Shown one piece after another: positions 14,753 to 17,101 of a stretch of 17,101 bases of DNA; within the stretch, counting starts at the first letter, position 1; the number at the start of each line of letters is the position of its first letter. The stretch is from Promethearchaeota archaeon (GTDB taxonomy: Archaea > Asgardarchaeota > Lokiarchaeia > Sigyniarchaeales > SOKP01). Under the pieces are notes generated by a model, which was given only the letters and a program-made list of their open reading frames with translations, did no database searches and was not told where the DNA came from. The DNA lies in contig JABXKD010000075.1 of assembly GCA_013375475.1 (NCBI GenBank), positions 1 to 17,101 on the forward strand, read 5' to 3'. The translations under genes were made by a program, and so were the position numbers.

Positions 14753-16039
14753 ATGAAATTGAGTGGAAAAAAAGGAAGAGTTCAATGCATTAGCGAGGAG
14801 ATTCTCGAAAAACTTTCGCTAACAACGCGAAATAAGTTCTTATATTACAATTTAATGAGTTTTTTAGAAACTAAGCATCTGCAATTTCTCAAACAAGCTC
14901 AGAACTTTTTTGAGAACTTCGAAGAAAATAAGAATATAACCCATAACGAAGATTTCTACGAATGGATCCCTGAATTAGGCAGAAATGGATATCTCTCTCG
15001 ATTACATAAATTTGAAGAGGTTGATTTAAATTATGAACCTTATGGGATGACTGCTGAATTTATGAGAATCCTGGCTATGGATTTTTTCGATCCCCAGTTA
15101 ACAATGTCTACTGGAGCTACTGCTATTTGTGTAAATCCAATTTTACTCCATAACGAAGATGTTAGCATTCGATTGAGAGCAGTTAAAGAGTTAATAACAG
15201 GGGAAAAAATAGGCGCTATAGTTATTACTGAACCAGAAAGAGGATCTGATGCAGTTCGTATGCAAAGCACTTGCGAAGAACAAGAAGATGGTAGCTTTTT
15301 ACTTAATGGAGAAAAGATATATCAAACTAACGGAAGCAAAGCAGGTTGGGCGGTTGTTTATGCTGTCAGTGAAAAAAACAACGGAAACACTATGGCTCAG
15401 TTCCTAGTTGACACATCTTTAGATGGTTGGACTGCTGAGCGTATTAACATTCCATGGGCTCCAAGGATGCACATAGCTAAAGAATACTTTACCAATTTAA
15501 AAATTCCTCCTGAGTGTGTATTGGGTAAACCTGGTGAGGGAAGGGCTCACTTATTTGAAGGTCTTAATTTAGAAAGATTAACCATAGTGTGTTTAAATGT
15601 TGCGGAAGCTTGGAACGCTATAACTCACGCGGTAATTTACGCAAATATGAGAAAGCAATTCGATAAAGAAATTTTGAAGTATCAAGGAGTAGGATTTCCT
15701 TTATCTGATCTCTGGGCACAAACTACGAGCCTGACTTTAGCGACTCTAAATGTATGCAAAATAATTGATGATAAAATGGAACAGTTAGGCACACTTCCAA
15801 AAGATTTTAATCTAGCTCTAGGAACCACCGCATCTCAATTGAAATTTCTTAGTGCAAAGTTAAGTGAGCGAGTGGTATATGAGTGTGCAAATCTAATGGG
15901 AGGAGCAGGTGTATGTGATAACACTTTAATGCACGATTTGCTAGGAATCTCGCGATTACAAGAGATCGGAGGCGGAACAAGGCAAGTTCAATCTCATATT
16001 ATGAGTTCGGCGTTAAGACAATTGTTTAAATTATTATAA
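14753..16039 (+). CDS. Acyl-CoA dehydrogenase family protein
   Basis: ITEPERGSD, LNGEKIYQTNG, GLNLERL, RKQFDKEI..YQGV, MGGAG, EIGGGT. It starts 25 nt after the crotonase gene, so the two are probably one operon. Confidence 0.95.
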   Translation: MKLSGKKGRVQCISEEILEKLSLTTRNKFLYYNLMSFLETKHLQFLKQAQNFFENFEENKNITHNEDFYEWIPELGRNGYLSRLHKFEEVDLNYEPYGMTAEFMRILAMDFFDPQLTMSTGATAICVNPILLHNEDVSIRLRAVKELITGEKIGAIVITEPERGSDAVRMQSTCEEQEDGSFLLNGEKIYQTNGSKAGWAVVYAVSEKNNGNTMAQFLVDTSLDGWTAERINIPWAPRMHIAKEYFTNLKIPPECVLGKPGEGRAHLFEGLNLERLTIVCLNVAEAWNAITHAVIYANMRKQFDKEILKYQGVGFPLSDLWAQTTSLTLATLNVCKIIDDKMEQLGTLPKDFNLALGTTASQLKFLSAKLSERVVYECANLMGGAGVCDNTLMHDLLGISRLQEIGGGTRQVQSHIMSSALRQLFKLL

Positions 16040-16061
16040 AAGATTCCGTGATTATTATATT

Positions 16062-17045
16062 TCAAAACACTACAAATATAATATTAATTGTAATAAAAAT
16101 AACAAAGAAACCCATTAAAACTAACCCATCTCTTTTAGCAAACTGTTCTTTTTTAGAAGATAAATTCATAAATAAAGTTATGAGAAATATTATTAGCCAA
16201 TTCCAAAGCAGTATAAATTTAAAGGGTAGATTCTTAATAAAAATCCCACTTATACCGAATGAAATTGTTAAATTCCAAATTAATTTGCCAATCATTCCCC
16301 CAAAACCGATCTCAACAGCTTTTTTTTTTACAGATTTTAATATTAAGGTTAGCTCTTCTACATTTGTAACAAACGCTATAATAATAAACCCAAAAAACAC
16401 TTCAGGTATCTGAACGATTTCAATAATTTGATCAGCAGATAAAATTAGTAATTCACCTCCTATAAAAACAAAAACTAGCCCTAATGAAGTTAGAATGATC
16501 TTCTTCGTCTTTGATGAGTTTTCCAATCCAGTCAGCTCTTGTTCAATATTACCTAAATTTTCTTCCATTTTTTCTTGCGAATGATGCTTAAGATTTCTCA
16601 ATACATAAATTATATACATTCCAATCGCGACGAATGCGGATACAAACATTCCACCACTAAAGATAAAGCTAAATAGGAGATTGAATAACAAAGTGTATAA
16701 AACTATAAAATAAAATTTAGAAATCGACCTAAATTTCATAACATAGAGTAGAACAGTTAAAGAAAATGGTAAAGTCATCGCAATTATAGAATTACCTACC
16801 ACATTTCCAAAAGAAACGTAAGGCAATCCATTAATAGCAGCGATAATTGATGCTATTGACTCTTCAGGATCAATTCCAAGAATCAGCATCCCAATTATAA
16901 AAGGAGATAGGTTGTAAATGTAACATAAATCTTTTAAATTATCTAAAAATAAATCAGCTGAAAAATAAATTACAACATAACTCCCTATAAATAATGTTAT
17001 CCAGAGGATCAGATTAAACATTGATTTCTTATAATATATTGACAT
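16062..17045 (-). CDS. Cation/Ca2+ antiporter (CaCA, YrbG/NCX-like) with atypical alpha-repeats
   Basis: Two homologous 5-TM halves (SAD.F.D...LSPFIIG..I / SADQII.....PE.FFG.II.AF.T..EE), GNVVGN, and a hydrophilic central linker. Confidence 0.85.
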   Translation of the reverse strand: MSIYYKKSMFNLILWITLFIGSYVVIYFSADLFLDNLKDLCYIYNLSPFIIGMLILGIDPEESIASIIAAINGLPYVSFGNVVGNSIIAMTLPFSLTVLLYVMKFRSISKFYFIVLYTLLFNLLFSFIFSGGMFVSAFVAIGMYIIYVLRNLKHHSQEKMEENLGNIEQELTGLENSSKTKKIILTSLGLVFVFIGGELLILSADQIIEIVQIPEVFFGFIIIAFVTNVEELTLILKSVKKKAVEIGFGGMIGKLIWNLTISFGISGIFIKNLPFKFILLWNWLIIFLITLFMNLSSKKEQFAKRDGLVLMGFFVIFITINIIFVVF

Positions 17046-17101
17046 TTAAAAACAATATTGAAATAATCTGAATCCTCAGATAGCATTATGGTCCCACTAA
17101 T

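Noticed and set aside
15040-16413. ORFs 15040-15270 (-) and 16048-16413 (+)
   Set aside because: Antisense shadows of the acyl-CoA dehydrogenase and antiporter genes.
1-17101. CRISPR array, tRNA, rRNA, IS element or provirus
   Set aside because: No repeat-spacer periodicity, no GC-rich structural RNA segment, and no transposase, integrase or viral protein seen.

Overview
AT-rich archaeal window with archaeal BRE/TATA promoters, GAGGTGA/AGGTGA Shine-Dalgarno sites and oligo-T terminators. Gene content and style suggest Lokiarchaeia (Asgard archaea); this is an inference, not a database result. There are 15 credible CDSs: a 4-TM membrane protein and a secreted protein lying divergent from a large tandem-wHTH/TPR regulator, an MFS transporter, a Pro/Lys/Glu-rich scaffold-like protein, nadE, two hypotheticals, an orphan gamma-class N6-adenine DNA methyltransferase with a Cys4 insert, a tandem DUF6125/V4R-like protein, a ZIP metal transporter, a wHTH/Cys-rich/2x[4Fe-4S] protein, an enoyl-CoA hydratase, an acyl-CoA dehydrogenase and a CaCA antiporter with altered alpha-repeats. 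I saw no tRNA, rRNA, CRISPR array or transposase. The best candidate for an undescribed system is at 1-3394: a two-wHTH + TPR regulator next to an 11-bp-phased direct repeat (CGATAGTTTC x2) just upstream of the TATA box of the secreted and membrane protein genes. Next to it, the MFS gene has a ~200-nt leader with a long hairpin and mutually exclusive alternative stems. Several intergenic palindromes look like operators, including a DtxR-family-like box in front of the ZIP transporter.
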